Assembly: GCA_951406725.2 (NCBI GenBank)
Contig: OX597822.1
Location: 80,724,001 to 80,788,000 of the forward strand
From: Octopus vulgaris
Lineage: Eukaryota
Direction of reading: 5' to 3'
Length of the DNA: 64,000 bases
Both the position numbers and the translations under genes were made by a program. Shown here piece after piece: positions 1 to 13,839 of the stretch. The notes under the pieces are model-generated. The model did not search any database, was not told the DNA's origin, and saw nothing but the letters and a program-made list of their open reading frames with translations. Every line of letters begins with the position of its first letter. Positions within the stretch are counted from its first letter, which is position 1.

Positions 1-154
1 GTTCTTTTAGAACAACGACTTCATGGCTTGAAGACACCAAAACAGAAATGGCTAAGAAAGCCTAAATTGGCATCTATAAGGGAAGTAACTCTCTAAAAAT
101 GCTTATATAGTTATTTCCCTTACAAACCCGAGCAACGCCGGGCGATACTGCTAG
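1..154 (+). mobile_element. Helitron 3' terminus (element continues left of the window)
   Basis: GC hairpin CCCG-AGCAACGC-CGGG (127-142) followed by CTAG (151-154) and then T. This is the canonical Helitron 3' end. Confidence 0.7.
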
Positions 155-177
155 TATATATATATATAATATGATAT

Positions 178-214
<37 letters not shown>

Positions 215-626
215 CGTGTATTCCATTAGGAACGTAGTACAGTACAAAGCAGAGCTCGTTCAACCTTAGAATTACCAAATAGCCGGAAGGAGTACGGTAT
301 ACTTCGAAGTCTAAGTTTAGGCATTCATCGTGTGTGAAAGTAAAAATTGAATAGAGGCAACAGGAAGGAGTACGTTTAGACAGCTTTTTAATAAACACTA
401 CAAATGTTTCCGTACAACATAGATCCACATATACACAGGATTTAAAGTAAGCAACGGTTTACCAGTTTGATGGGATCCAGTTGCATCTACTCAGGTGATA
501 TTTAATTGTTGCCCCGTTAGTAAACATTTGACACGTTTAACTCGCAACATGTGTAGTATTTATTAAATTGCTGTCGAACCGTACTCTTTCTTGTTGACTC
601 TATGTTTTCAATTACATTTATATTTA

Positions 627-657
<31 letters not shown>

Positions 658-1087
658 ATAAATACCCACACACCACGAACTCATGTACATATAATACTTT
701 CATTTTTTTCATTTTTCACTTCGTGTTTCACTGATTGCCCCAACCATTTCACGTCTTCAAGTAAGATACATCCGTGTTGTAATTTCTGTAATAATCTCAT
801 CAAACATTGCCCGGATATATAAATGCGTCTGCATGTTTCGTTCGCTGGCATTGCATGCAGAAGTTATTGTTCGTTGTGAGAATGTTACGTGAATATAGCG
901 TACAGGTGTTGTGAAGGTTGCATGTACGGATCTGGAAAGTCAATAAAAGACAGACGTGTGTGAGTGTGTGAGTGTGTCTGTGAGTGTGAGTCCATAAGAG
1001 TTTAATGGCTCCAAGGAAAACACCTTGAACTCTCTCGAAAGAAGAAACCAGTTCCTTACACTTATTGATATTGCATGAATAGAGGAT

Positions 1088-1123
<36 letters not shown>

Positions 1124-1444
1124 GAGGGAGAGAAAGAGAGGGTAGAGAAGGGGAGAGTTTTCATTTTGCTATTTTCTTTTCTTCGATTTGAAGAGATAAT
1201 AAGAGACGCAATCGACTGGGTTAAATGCGTACACATTTTCATTCAGCTACTTGCTGTTCGGTTGTGGTAGTGGTATCATCATCATCATCATCAGTATTGT
1301 AATTGTGGTTGTTGTTGTTACTACTATTATTGTTGTTGTTTTTGTTACCCCATATCTGTTTTACTCCTGGATATATGTGTGTCTGTGTATGTCCCTATGC
1401 ATGTATGTATATATGTAGTGATATTAATTCGAATGTATATATGC

Positions 1445-1482
<38 letters not shown>

Positions 1483-2580
1483 GTATAAATATATATACAT
1501 ATGTGAATGCATGTGTGTGCATGTATGTATATATATAAGTATATATATATGTGTGTATATATATATATATATGTATGTATGTATTATATATATATGCGCA
1601 TTTATTTGAAAAACTATAAGCGCGCGTACGCACACAGATGAGTACATACGTGGTTACAGACAAATGCGTGCATGTGTATACGTATGTGTGCGCATGCGTG
1701 TACGTGCGAGTGCGCGTTCGTCTCAATGTCAATTCCTCTCCTTTCTGAATACATGAAGGTCATAATTTCCATTCAATGTGCTTCTCGAAGAATACGGAAT
1801 GGAACAATAAAGATTTTTCTGCGTCGTTTCTAACCATTCATACAGTGCAGACCCTATTAAGTTTCTTTCATTGACAGCCATTCATATTATACTCTATTAC
1901 TTTATTTCTTCATAAAATTATTGTTTCTTTCCACATACGCATATATAGAAATATATATATATATATACATTTTATGTTGCTTCTATATGAAATTAGGTGA
2001 TTCATTGTCTGTTACAACTGAACGCACTTCAAGACATGTTTTGCCTAATTTGTACATTATTCATTCCGCTAACTTCAATGGCGGTACAACAAATTACATC
2101 ATTCATTCGTTCAGTATTTCCGCAGTTATAAACAGCACTTTTCTTGATATACCTGTTTTGGAGAGAGGAAAGGAGAGGAAATTTATCAAAACGATGAGTG
2201 AAGCTTAAGCTTGTGAAAAGAGTCGTTGTTAATTGGATAACGTATTTATAAATGCTTAACGAATTGTCATTTGTATTGACACGAATGTGATGCGAGATTT
2301 CAACAAAGAAATTAAAATTAGCAATTTCTGAGACAATTCATGTCATCATTAGGAATTATATTAAAAGCCTTCTAATTCTCTAAACAAAGAGCTTGCAACG
2401 GTGCACTCGCGACCCTATTGTTTGTCTGGTGGGGTGTCAAAACATATTTTGCTAAATGTGAAATATCAGATTTAAAATATTGTTTTGTTCTTGACCATCC
2501 TTTAGGTAAGATCCCTCAGTTATATCACATATAGTTTGTTTTAGTTTTCTGCTATTATTAATTTAACAATAAATATATCG

Positions 2581-2700
2581 GTTTCAAATTTTGGCACAAG
2601 AACAGAAATTTCGCGTCTGGGACTCAGTCGATTACATAACTGGTACTAATTTTAAGGACACCGAAAGTGTGAAAGGCAAAGTCCACTGCGGCAAAATTTA
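2581..2700 (-). mobile_element. SINE family B fragment
   Basis: Reverse complement of the family-B body (gtcgattac, tggtact, gaaaggcaaagtc), diverged. Confidence 0.55.
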
Positions 2701-3289
2701 ATGATAAATTATCAATAAACAATATTAGCCAAGAATTTACGTTTAATTATTTCAACAGGAAAAGCGCAAAATTTTAACTTTTTTATTCATTAAAATATAT
2801 GACTTCTGGTTTCCCATTTGCACAGGAAAAATAAAACTTCGAAGTTCCTGAATGCATTGATGCCCTATTTCAACTGATTGTTTTGTTTGATGGTTAATCA
2901 TGCAAGGCTGAATGTGTGTTATATTCCGATTAGTTCGCTCTTCAGTTATCAATAAGTGCTTACTGTTTGAATGCCCGCTTCATGGACTGGATTAAAATTA
3001 AGCATGATAACATTGTAGAAGACACGAGAAAGTAATGTTGCGAATAAACAAATTCTAGATAAAATCAAATAGGTTTGGAACATATTTGACCCTACAAATG
3101 CTGCTTTTATTTACATTTATTTTGCCTTTGGCAATAGTTGTTTAAGAAAACCGGAGATCATTTTATGGCTCCTTCTCGTGGAATGGTGAATGTATTCCTA
3201 GATTTTTGTCTATCATCAGTACCATGAGATGCAAGCGAAACAACCCTGGTCGTCACAGCTACTAGAAACTCTGATGCATTAATGACGTC

Positions 3290-4330
3290 CAGCTTGCGCC
3301 TAAATGTGGATTCCGTTTGGTAGAAGAACAATGGATATGATTTTTTATAGCAAGACAGATGCAGAATTGCTATGAGCGAAATATGAGTCTTGTCCACGTT
3401 TTCATTGATTTAACAATAAACTTCGATACTATGGATGCCCCAGCCCCGTGGAAAATATTCGGTAAAAGTATTTGTGCAAGTCACTGTGTACCGATGATTA
3501 TGTGCCGTAGCGATATTCTGCTCGTTTCTTCAATCGGCGTCGTATTTCTTCGAGTACGAAGGTTCTTCAGTCTCTTATTCGTGATCTCTTTTATGCCGCT
3601 GATCGCAGCTTAGTTTTTCAAACAGTTGCAAACAATACAATCTCTCGTGGGTCACGTCTCTGCATTTTGCATATCATTTGGACTCATTATTAGCCTGGAA
3701 AACACCTAGTAAAGACTATTCGATTGTTGCAGTCTACGCCAGGAAACACACATATAGACCCATATATTTTGATGGTAGGAAGAGTACTGAAAGTAGTAGA
3801 CAAGTTTGTCTACCGGGGCAGCACACTCAACAGACATGCTTGCTCCTTGCATAATGAAATATCTTTAAGATTTCAGAAGACAACTGTACCATCGAGTCCC
3901 GTGTCTTGTCCTAGCATGATACAACCAGGCGAAAAAAAGTTACTGTATGCCATGCGTGTGTGGTGAGATCGATCATTTATTCATGTAGGAATCTTTGGAC
4001 GCTTCCAGGAAAGATATCGAAGACACATTGCGAAGGCTGATTGGCCCTAGCTGACTCTAGACCGATAGGTCCTGAGAGGAGCCGACGTCCTTGAGCATCA
4101 AAGCAATGGTGCAAAAGCACCGTTTACGTTGGCTCGCTTACCAAGTCCGTAGGAATCATCAGAGGATCCCTAAACAGGTTCAATATGGCGAACGTCTTTG
4201 TGGAAAGCGCCACAGGCAATAAACAAGAATGATTTAAGGATTGTGTAAAGTCATCGTTGAATGCATGTGAAATATGAGAGGGGAATGGGAAAAGTAATGC
4301 TTGCCATCCCCATCAATGGAGGAAACGTGT
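3290..4330 (+). mobile_element. Decayed RTE-clade LINE (RT and C-terminal region)
   Basis: Fragmentary translations VFIDLT..FDT, VVDKFVYRGSTL, RLRW and IPKQVQYGE, matching RTE motifs FIDLTKAFD, FTYLGS and PKQLLYGEL. Many stops and frameshifts. Confidence 0.75.
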
Positions 4331-4600
4331 AAAGAAAGGACGGAGGTATTTGAAAAAGTAAACATATTGCATGGAGAATTGAAGTGTGCTGCTCGAATAT
4401 GCAGCACCTGTGTAGTGACTGGAGGAGAGACCGTCTAGAATATTTGGCTACGTGTATAATTACCAACGGCTGAGCACGACTGTCTCCCGCGAAGCACAAG
4501 TGTAAGGATTAAATTTGTCTGAATGTACAATGAATTTGATAGTCGGTGATTATCTTTGTAGCCATCGTGCACACACGCAAATATTTACAGAGACGCACTT

Positions 4601-4657
<57 letters not shown>

Positions 4658-4928
4658 TATATATATATGTATGTATGTATTAAGATTATAAATCAGGGTA
4701 TCTACAAGATACAATCATGCTGGTATCTCGTATAAACCCTAATTTATAATTTTAATAATTATTAGCTTTGAAGGTTATTTTTTCCATGCTGACCACTTGA
4801 TAAAATCGTTATATTATTTTAAAATTAACGATCTTATCCTTATTTATATAAATTTATATATATATATATATATATCAGAATTATTCAATTTCTAAATATC
4901 TCATAGAGATATGTACGGTGGTGGAGCG

Positions 4929-5162
4929 ATAGAGTGGTTGTATACTGTCAACTTAACGTGACAGCCCTGTAAAGGAATTTCATCACCGCTGTTTAGCCCT
5001 AGGAAGCATCGACGCTTCCTGTCGGCCTTGACACATTTATATAGAAAACAGGAAATGTGTCAAGGCCGACAGGAAGCATCGACGCTTCCTGGGGCTAAAC
5101 AGCGGTGATGAAATTCCTTTACAGGGCTGTCACGTTAAGTTGACAGTATACAACCACTCTAT
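4929..5162. repeat. Long fold-back inverted repeat, 110-bp arms, 14-nt spacer, abutting (TA)n
   Basis: 4929-5038 is the reverse complement of 5053-5162 with 3 mismatches. Confidence 0.95.
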
Positions 5163-5239
5163 ATATATATATATATATATCTGTCTGATTGTCTGTCTCT
5201 CTGTCTGAATCTGTCTGTCTATCAGTCTGTCTCCCTTAG

Positions 5240-5297
<58 letters not shown>

Positions 5298-5604
5298 TGA
5301 GAGAGTGTGTGTGTATGTGTGTGTGCGTGCGTGTGTGTGTAATATAAGCCGCATAGTCAAAAGTTTGTCGCCACTAGTTGTGACTGTACGAGCTACAAGC
5401 ACATATATTGTTAGAAGTAAGCGTGAAACTAGTTAGAGCTGCCCCATGAGTGAAGTAAAGCTAGAACACTGCACAGTGTTATCCTAATGGGAATTGTGAA
5501 CAGTTTGTTTCCATTGTTTCTATGGAGGCACATTTATCTACCCCCTCAGTATGTACGCGAGCTTTTACGCGGCTATATGCGTTTAAATATTATCTCTAGC
5601 AATA

Positions 5605-6491
5605 TACGAAGTCTGATCCAGAAGTATTCGGACCATAGCTATAGTAACAAAGCTAAAGCACGCAGTGTGAAGCCGCTCGGCACAAATTGATCTTAGATAC
5701 TGATGTGCGTGCGCATAAAGTTTTAACCTTCTAGCTCACTTCCGCTGTTTACATCAGTGCATGGAAAGAACGTGTGTAGCGTGTCATCGTCGCATTAACC
5801 ATGACAGAGTACGGTGTCATGGCGATACGTGCTCAGAGGCCTACACAAAGTTGCAGAAAGTGTATGGAGAGGAGTGCACGAGTCGCACACATGTTTACAA
5901 GAGGTTCAGATTTTTCAAGATGGCCGAAAAATGTCGATATTGATGAATGTTCTGGGGGACCCGCAACCAACAGAACTAAGAAAAACATCGCAGACGTGCG
6001 TGCAGCTGTGAGGAGAAATCGTCGAATCACCATTCGTGAGTTATCAGAAGATGTGCAGATTAGTTACGGTTCAATTCAATCCATTTTCTCTAATTATTTG
6101 TGTATGAGACGAGTGTCTGCCAAGTTTGTGCCTAAATTGCTATCAGCCAACGAAAAGACACTCGAGTTTTAGTTTTGGGTTTTTGTGTCGCGAACGACGA
6201 AACATTTTTGAAGACTTCGCGCAGGCCTCTGTGGAGGTATCGCCAAGCTTTTGGCGATATTCGATGCACATTCCCTGCTCAGCTTTCTTTGACAGGGTCA
6301 ATGCAATGACCACATGCTACACACGTTTCTTCCAAGCATTGCTGTAAACAGCTGGAGTGTGGTAGAATGTTAAAGCTTAGTTAGCGTGCACAGCAGAGCC
6401 CAAGGTCAATCTGTGCAAAGCAGCTTCACTCACCGTGCGTTAGCGTCGTTACTATAGCAACAGTCCGGATACTTATTGATCAGACTAGGTA
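5605..6491 (+). mobile_element. Non-autonomous mariner with very long TIRs and a transposase N-terminal remnant
   Basis: TA at both ends. Left end TACGAAGTCTGATCCAGAAGTATTCGGAC matches the reverse complement of the right end (TACCTAGTCTGATCAATAAGTATCCGGAC). ORF 5801-6172 reads DECSGGP..RRITIRELSEDVQISYGSIQSI..RVSAKFVPKLL (HTH plus WVPHEL-like motif). Confidence 0.85.
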
Positions 6492-6620
6492 TTTGCTCGT
6501 AGCATATAGTTAGTCAGTGACGACGACATTTTGTTTATACAGTTTATATTGCGCCCATCTGCCCACATTAATTATGTGTGTGTTTGTGTGTGTGCGTGCG
6601 TACGTGTGTGTGTGTGTGCT

Positions 6621-6656
<36 letters not shown>

Positions 6657-6724
6657 CGTGTCTGTGTGTGTGTATTATATATATAAGCATATGTATATAT
6701 ATTGAGAGAGAGAATGAGAGTAAG

Positions 6725-6780
6725 AGAGACAGAGACAGACAGACAGACAAACCGAGAGACAGACAGACAGACAGACAGAC

Positions 6781-6858
<78 letters not shown>
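6725..6858. repeat. (GACA)n/(GATA)n microsatellite
   Basis: Read directly from the sequence. Confidence 0.95.
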
Positions 6859-7613
6859 GCAGTGATACGTCGGTGGTGGGGCGCGGTTTCAGGTTATGCA
6901 ACACGAGAGACATTATTTATTGAAGTTTAGATGATTGGACGACCGCAGTGTTTTTCTGCAAATAATTATATTTGCATATATATTTTACTGCGATGCTGAT
7001 ACTTCTCTCAATCTGAGTTTCTATGATATGTGAAGCTTTGCAGAATTAGTTTATTGATAATTGTAATATATCAGAGAAGAAATTATTGACATTATCTATC
7101 ACTTTGTATATGTTCTTGTGACTTTAAATTAATATGCAGCACATATCAGAGATGCCGTTCCAGAATACATTAACGCTTATCTGATTTGCGTTAATTTCAC
7201 ATCAAATTGAATTTTCCATACTATGTTTTCATTTCCGACACAAGACAAAACAACTAGAAATAAAAATACCGTTTTACTTAGGACAAGTTGTTACGACTAA
7301 TACTTGCTAAGAGAGGACGAGTGAAAACCAAGAAATTATTTTTGGTTCCATTATGCATTTTTTTTTTCCAATTAAGAAATATTCTTTTTCTCAATCCTAA
7401 ACGACTGAATTTATCGTTTCATAAATACTTCTTACGAAATTTTAATTTTGTTTTTCGTTGATTTTAATCTAGAAAGGTACGACGAAGAGGTAGGTGGGGC
7501 GTAAAGAATGATTTTTTTAAATGTGAATTAAAAGTGATTCAGAATGTGGAAAAGAATGAGGAAAATTAACGAAAGAGAGACAAGTGTAACCAATTTTGAT
7601 GTTGGTTGCTCTC

Positions 7614-7655
<42 letters not shown>

Positions 7656-9383
7656 GGTGGGCGAGTGTGTTGTGTATGCATTTGTGCGCATATGTAGAAT
7701 ATGAGAGCGACCGTTACGTTGTTACAATATTTTTGATGCACAAAATCTGTGACGATTCAAAACAACTGTGAAAAGTCTTGTGGCCAATGGGATTGAAATT
7801 TTCGTACTGACATGTTGAAACAGAATAGAGAAATCATAATCTAAGTAGAATCGTTACGACGGGTCAAGTCCTTCAGTAATAACTAAGCAAAATTTAAAAT
7901 TTCCAACTCGTCACCACGTATTCACACGTTCCTACCTCTTTGAACTCAAGCTTTAAAAACAAACGGAGAAACATTGCCAAGCATTCCAATTCGTAACAAT
8001 TCTATTAGAATGCCGCATTTGACAGGTCACCGCTGAAATCCATAAAATTTTCTAACGCTCTCTTTGTTTCACCAACAAAATATAACCTTCACACACTATT
8101 ATATACATACATATGCAGACAGACAATACGTACATACATACATACATACATACATACATACATACATACATACATACATGCACGGTGAAGGCGTTGCTAG
8201 AGGTGTTTCATTCACGATCGGGAGGTCCTGGTTTCGATTCCGGGACAGTCGGTGTCTTGACATCGTTGTGTCCCGTCATCCAGATGTATCCCGGGCTAAT
8301 GGATCCAAGACTATTTAGAAGCTCTTGTTTATACTTTCAAGGAACAAACTGGTTGCTGCTCGATGCTGGTATGAGCCAACCGATACTAAATTGCCATATC
8401 CACGGTGAACCGCGAAATACGAAAATGTATCTTGTATTTATCTATTCTTAATAGTTTCCGGCCGATTCGATTTAGGTATGTTAGTCGTTTTGTGTTTCTT
8501 TAACTTCGGGCTGACGAGTGCCGTCTGTCCCATAAACCTTTCTGCTAATGAATCTAGTATACATGTAATCGTCGTAAAAGAGAATTGTTTTTCTGTGATG
8601 AAATATAAATGTTTTCATACTTAAATTCAAAACTACGTAAATTGGTGCAAAAGAATGCCTGTTCAATAAAAGAAATATGTTTTCCAGTAGTCCTTTACAT
8701 AATGTTAGATTCATATGTAAAAGAAAACGCAGATTCAATATTAATGAGAAATCTGCAAATATTACGCACGGCAATAGCTTTATAATTATATACCTGTGTT
8801 ATGATAATTGTATATGTAGCTAATTGCCTCCGAACTGATGCCAAGAATTTAGGCTTTGGAAAACCAAGAGCGGACACAACCAATTAAAAACACACCATTG
8901 GAAGCCATAAATAGAACTAAATATTTATAAAGCTTTCTAGAAGTTTACCTTATAATATATACAAATGTATCTATTTGTGAGCGTCTATATGTATGCATGT
9001 ATATATGTTTGTGTGTATGTATGCATATGCGTGTAGTATAGAACAATACTATTAATGAATACATTGAACGAGTTATGTCATGTTGACATATTGATGTTCT
9101 CGAGATATGGCCTTGTTGACATGTTAGCAAATTAAACGTTTGTATAATTAGAATTTTTGTATATCTGGTCTTTTATGCAAGTTGTAGTGTATATAAGTGA
9201 GTGTTTATATCATGTGTCAGATGATGTATAGAAATGTGCTAAGAATATGTGAGTAAATGTGATTATGGAGAAACGAGAGTTTGCATGTAAATGCGTATAT
9301 ATGTATAAACAAAGATGTAGGAATATGTGTTTATAAAGATATGTGTGTGTGTGTGTACATATAAACGAGTGTCTATCTATCTG

Positions 9384-9464
<81 letters not shown>

Positions 9465-9466
<2 letters not shown>

Positions 9467-9674
9467 TTGTGTCTGGGGGGAGTCATTCTCTTTTGGTGCA
9501 TTATAATTTAACATACTCACCAGTACAATTTCCACTTATTTCTTTTTTCTTCTAAAGTTTTCGTTGGAACCTTTTCAAAAATTTAGATAAATATAAAATA
9601 AGAAGTGGGAATTTTACCGTGAGTGTGTTAAATTATGAGACACCAAAAGAGACTGACACTCCCCAGACACAACA
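9465..9674. repeat. Diverged fold-back inverted repeat next to (TA)n
   Basis: tgttgtgtctggggg..ctcttttggtg..ataatttaaca..ctcac is mirrored by gtgag..tgttaaattat..caccaaaagag..ccccagacacaaca. Confidence 0.85.
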
Positions 9675-9884
9675 TAATATGCTTCATCATACGGACTCAC
9701 ATAAAGAATCTTGCGAACCAAATCCAAAGACGAAATATATATATATTATATATAGATAGATATATATATATATTTCGTTTTATATATATACATGTATTGC
9801 ATACTTATTCACATACACACACACGCACGCACACGCACATACACACACACTCACACATATATATATCAATCTATGTATCATACA

Positions 9885-10400
9885 TAAAGCGGGTACATCA
9901 TTACAAAGTTTGTATATTTTTTTCTAGAATGTTTTTGTAGAGTAAGCAATAACGAAACCGAACGAGTTTATCCACGGATAATGGAATATCATTTATCTTT
10001 CATTTCTGCAGTCATACTTCGGGCTTTCTCACAATTTCCGAGGACTAAATTCCTTCACAATGCATTGGTCTTCCTGGAGCTATAATAAAAATCATTTCCC
10101 TAAGATGTCCGGCAATAAGATTGAGATCGAATCCATGTGGTTGCAAGACGAACCATGCAACACAACCATACAAACGCTTACGAGTATCATGGACAATGGA
10201 CGGAAGGTCTGATATCTGACAATTGATGGATGACTCAGTTTAAGATTCTTTGAGAAAATCATATGACACATTTTCAAAACTTGTCTAATGTATATTCTAC
10301 AGCTTCATGTGCATTTACTGGAATAAAATATATAATTGAGATTAGAATTAATTATGTTTGAATTATTCATAAATAGGAAGTTTTTTGACGCTCAAATATA
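9885..10400 (+). mobile_element. Heavily decayed Tc1/mariner-superfamily remnant
   Basis: SMWLQDEPCNT resembles the WFQQDGATCH catalytic-region motif. Weak. Confidence 0.3.
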
Positions 10401-10440
10401 ACAAAAATTGTATAAAATCTTGATTACTATAAATGATGCC

Positions 10441-10511
10441 TCTGGCGTAGTGGCTAAGAGTGCGAGCTACTAACCCCAGGATTCCGAGTTCGATTCCAGG
10501 CAGTGACCTGA
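10441..10511 (+). mobile_element. tRNA-derived SINE head (Pol III A and B boxes)
   Basis: TGGCGTAGTGG (A box) and GAGTTCGATTCC (B box), followed by a GAT/AAT microsatellite. Confidence 0.7.
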
Positions 10512-10538
10512 ATGATGATGATGATGATGGTGATGATG

Positions 10539-10591
<53 letters not shown>

Positions 10592-10624
10592 TATAACAAC
10601 AACAATAATAACAATAATAATAAT

Positions 10625-11090
10625 AGATGGGCTACAGCAAATATTATGTTCAATACCACAGATTTGCTTGTCAATTGTGTGACCTTAACCAGTTGGGCAT
10701 GTCCCATAGTGTCTTACGATATGTGCTTCTCTGATCACGAGCAGAAGTAGTAGGAGAGCAACATAGCCATGTGTTGAGAGGGATTCTTAGAGATTTGAAT
10801 AGTTCATCTCTGGAAACATGGGTGTTTCGTTCAACATCCTTAAACAACCCGTATTCACTGACCTTTTGAGCGGGATGGGTTACTCGACCTGAAGAAAATT
10901 CTAACTGGGCCCCAGCAGCAAGTTAATGTGCTGTTAATCTTGATAAGAGATCACCATGTCGCGCACATGTGGTTGTGATGCATGTGCCTTGTGTGCTCTT
11001 ATCAGACAGGTAGTTATGTTGGGAATACTGGGCTTCGTATATTTTACCCCAGTGTCACTTTCATGACATGCACTGCTCTTTCACTCAATA
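10625..11090 (+). mobile_element. (AAT)n-embedded ~560-bp non-coding retroelement, 5'-truncated diverged copy
   Basis: Homologous to 28011-28510 and ends ctttcactc-AATAAT. Confidence 0.85.
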
Positions 11091-11285
11091 ATAATAAAAA
11101 AAAAAATAATAATAATAATAATAGCATCGAAAAATACGTTAGGAATGAGAACCCAGATTCGAAATTTCCCCAAGACACCTTATGAAGGCTGGAGCTTTCA
11201 AACCTAGATCCAAGGCTCTTCCATGGTATGTACGTATGCATTCCTGTATGCAGGTATGTGTGCGAGTGCGTGTATGTATGCACAC

Positions 11286-11316
<31 letters not shown>

Positions 11317-11362
11317 CGTACACATGGACACGTGCCCAGAGACATATCTATCTATGTACATC

Positions 11363-11401
<39 letters not shown>

Positions 11402-11544
11402 ATATATAAATATATGTGTGTGTGTATAAATATATACATATATATATATATATTTATATATGTATATACGTATATATATGTATATATAGATATATACATA
11501 TACGTATATAGATATATACACTTATATATATATATACATATATA

Positions 11545-11591
<47 letters not shown>

Positions 11592-11594
<3 letters not shown>

Positions 11595-11765
11595 CGCAGG
11601 AGTGGGTGTGTGGTAAGTAGCTTGCTAAGCAACCACATGGTTCCGGTTTCAGTCCCACTGCGTGGCATCTTGGGCAAGTGTCTTCTGCTATAGCCCCGGG
11701 CCGACCAATGCCTTGTGAGTGGATTTGGTAGACGGAAACTGAAAGAAGCCTGTCGTATATATGTG

Positions 11766-11800
<35 letters not shown>

Positions 11801-12039
11801 ATGTGTGTGTGTATGTGTATGTGTGTGTGTTTGTGTATGTGTTTTTGTCCCCCTAGCATTGCTTGACAACTGATGCTTGTGTGTTTACGTCCCCGTCACT
11901 TAGCGGTTCGGCATAAGAGACCGATAGAATAAGTACTGGGCTTACCAAGGAATAAGTCCGGGGTCGAGTTGCTCGATTAAAGGTGGTGCTCCAGCATGGC
12001 CGCAGTCAAATGACTGAAACAAGTAAAAGAGTAAAAGAG

Positions 12040-12040
<1 letters not shown>
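11592..12040 (+). mobile_element. tRNA-derived SINE family A, full length, with internal microsatellite
   Basis: tRNA-like head (ggagtgggtgtgtggtaag..ggtttcagtccc), body ..gacggaaactgaaagaagcc, tail (agtaaaag)n. Several copies in the window. Confidence 0.85.
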
Positions 12041-12112
<72 letters not shown>

Positions 12113-12232
12113 GATCTTTGTCATGAAGTGTAGCCGGTGGTCTACAGCTCCATTGGATTTTTATCACATCTGATGTTCCGCCCACTTTGATATATGTATA
12201 GCCCGGATCTACTCCTTTCCGTAACTACTTTG

Positions 12233-12280
<48 letters not shown>

Positions 12281-12383
12281 CAATCAATATAGGGTGGCAA
12301 AAAAAAAATTTTGTAGAATTCTTTTGCCACCAGCGGCCTAGTGGGAAAAAATTAAATAGTCATAGACCATTTTTAAGTTCAAC

Positions 12384-12625
12384 ATCAACAATCAAGGAAC
12401 GGCCATAATAGGCCATTCACCCACTAGAAATAACAGCCAAAGCCTCAACCGCAAATAAAAATTAATTCCGTAAACCAGGAGAAAATTTAAAAAATTTAAA
12501 AATTTTACAGGGTAAACGTTTTTTAAATTTTCTCCTGGTTTACGGAATTAATTTTTATTTGCGGTTGAAGCTTTGGCTGTTATTTCTAGTGGGTGAATGG
12601 CCTATTATGGCCGTTCCTGGATTGT

Positions 12626-12629
<4 letters not shown>
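12384..12629. repeat. Long fold-back inverted repeat, 111-bp arms, abutting (TA)n
   Basis: 12384-12494 is the reverse complement of 12519-12629 with 2 mismatches. Confidence 0.95.
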
Positions 12630-12689
<60 letters not shown>

Positions 12690-13147
12690 GTAAGTATGTA
12701 TATAGGCAGAAATGTGTATGTGTGTGTACGGGAGTATCCTTGTGTTCCTGTGCGCAGTTTATTGCGATATCATCAAATTTAGAAGTCACATTTGATTTAT
12801 TGATTCCTACAAGTGATGTTATCGAGTGATATCTCATATTTCCCCCACAGGATACGAATCATTGCTGATTCAGTATCTAACGCAACAATAACCCATCAAT
12901 TATTTATCGTTGTTTGCATATTAATGTGAAGTTGTTGTCAGTATTCCTCAATTGATATGAGAAATGCAATTCTGTAAATATTTGTATGCACACACATGAA
13001 CACATGTACACAGCCACACACACACGTGTATATTTATATGTATATATGTATGTATACTCATTTATACAAATATATATACATTTATATTCATATGAATATG
13101 TATATTTGTCTATCAATATATCCATCTATGTATATATCTACGTGCAA

Positions 13148-13200
<53 letters not shown>

Positions 13201-13211
13201 TACATACATAC

Positions 13212-13281
<70 letters not shown>

Positions 13282-13358
13282 TGTATTGCATTATACTACA
13301 CATTATATTTCATACATTATATCATATACGCACACTCACACGTGCGCACACACAAAAA

Positions 13359-13411
<53 letters not shown>

Positions 13412-13412
<1 letters not shown>

Positions 13413-13629
13413 TCTTTTACTCTTTTACTCGTTTCAGTCATTTCACTGCGGTCATGCTGGAGCAGCACCTTTAGCCGAGCAAATCGACCCCAGGACTTAT
13501 TCTTTGTAAGCCTAGTACTTATTCTATCGGTTTTTTTTTGCCGAAACGCTAAGTTATGGGAACGTAAACACACCAGCATCGGTTGTCAAGAGATGTGGGG
13601 GGGATTAACACTGACACAGAAACGCACAC

Positions 13630-13674
<45 letters not shown>

Positions 13675-13839
13675 TACAACGGGCTTCTTTCAGTTTCCGT
13701 CTACCAAATCCACTCACAAGGCATTGGTCAGCCCGAGGCTATAGCAGAAGACACTTGCCCAAGATGCCACGCAGGGGACTGAACCCGGAACCATGTGGTT
13801 CGTAAGCAAGCTACTTACCACACAGCCACTCCTACGCCT
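13412..13839 (-). mobile_element. SINE family A, full length
   Basis: Reverse complement of 11592-12040. Confidence 0.85.

Noticed and set aside
8510-8530. CTGACGA box as an HHR
   Set aside because: No GAAA..UH with closing helices at a plausible distance.
10441-10511. Functional tRNA genes (also 17140 and 40750)
   Set aside because: No complete cloverleaf; they continue into SINE bodies.
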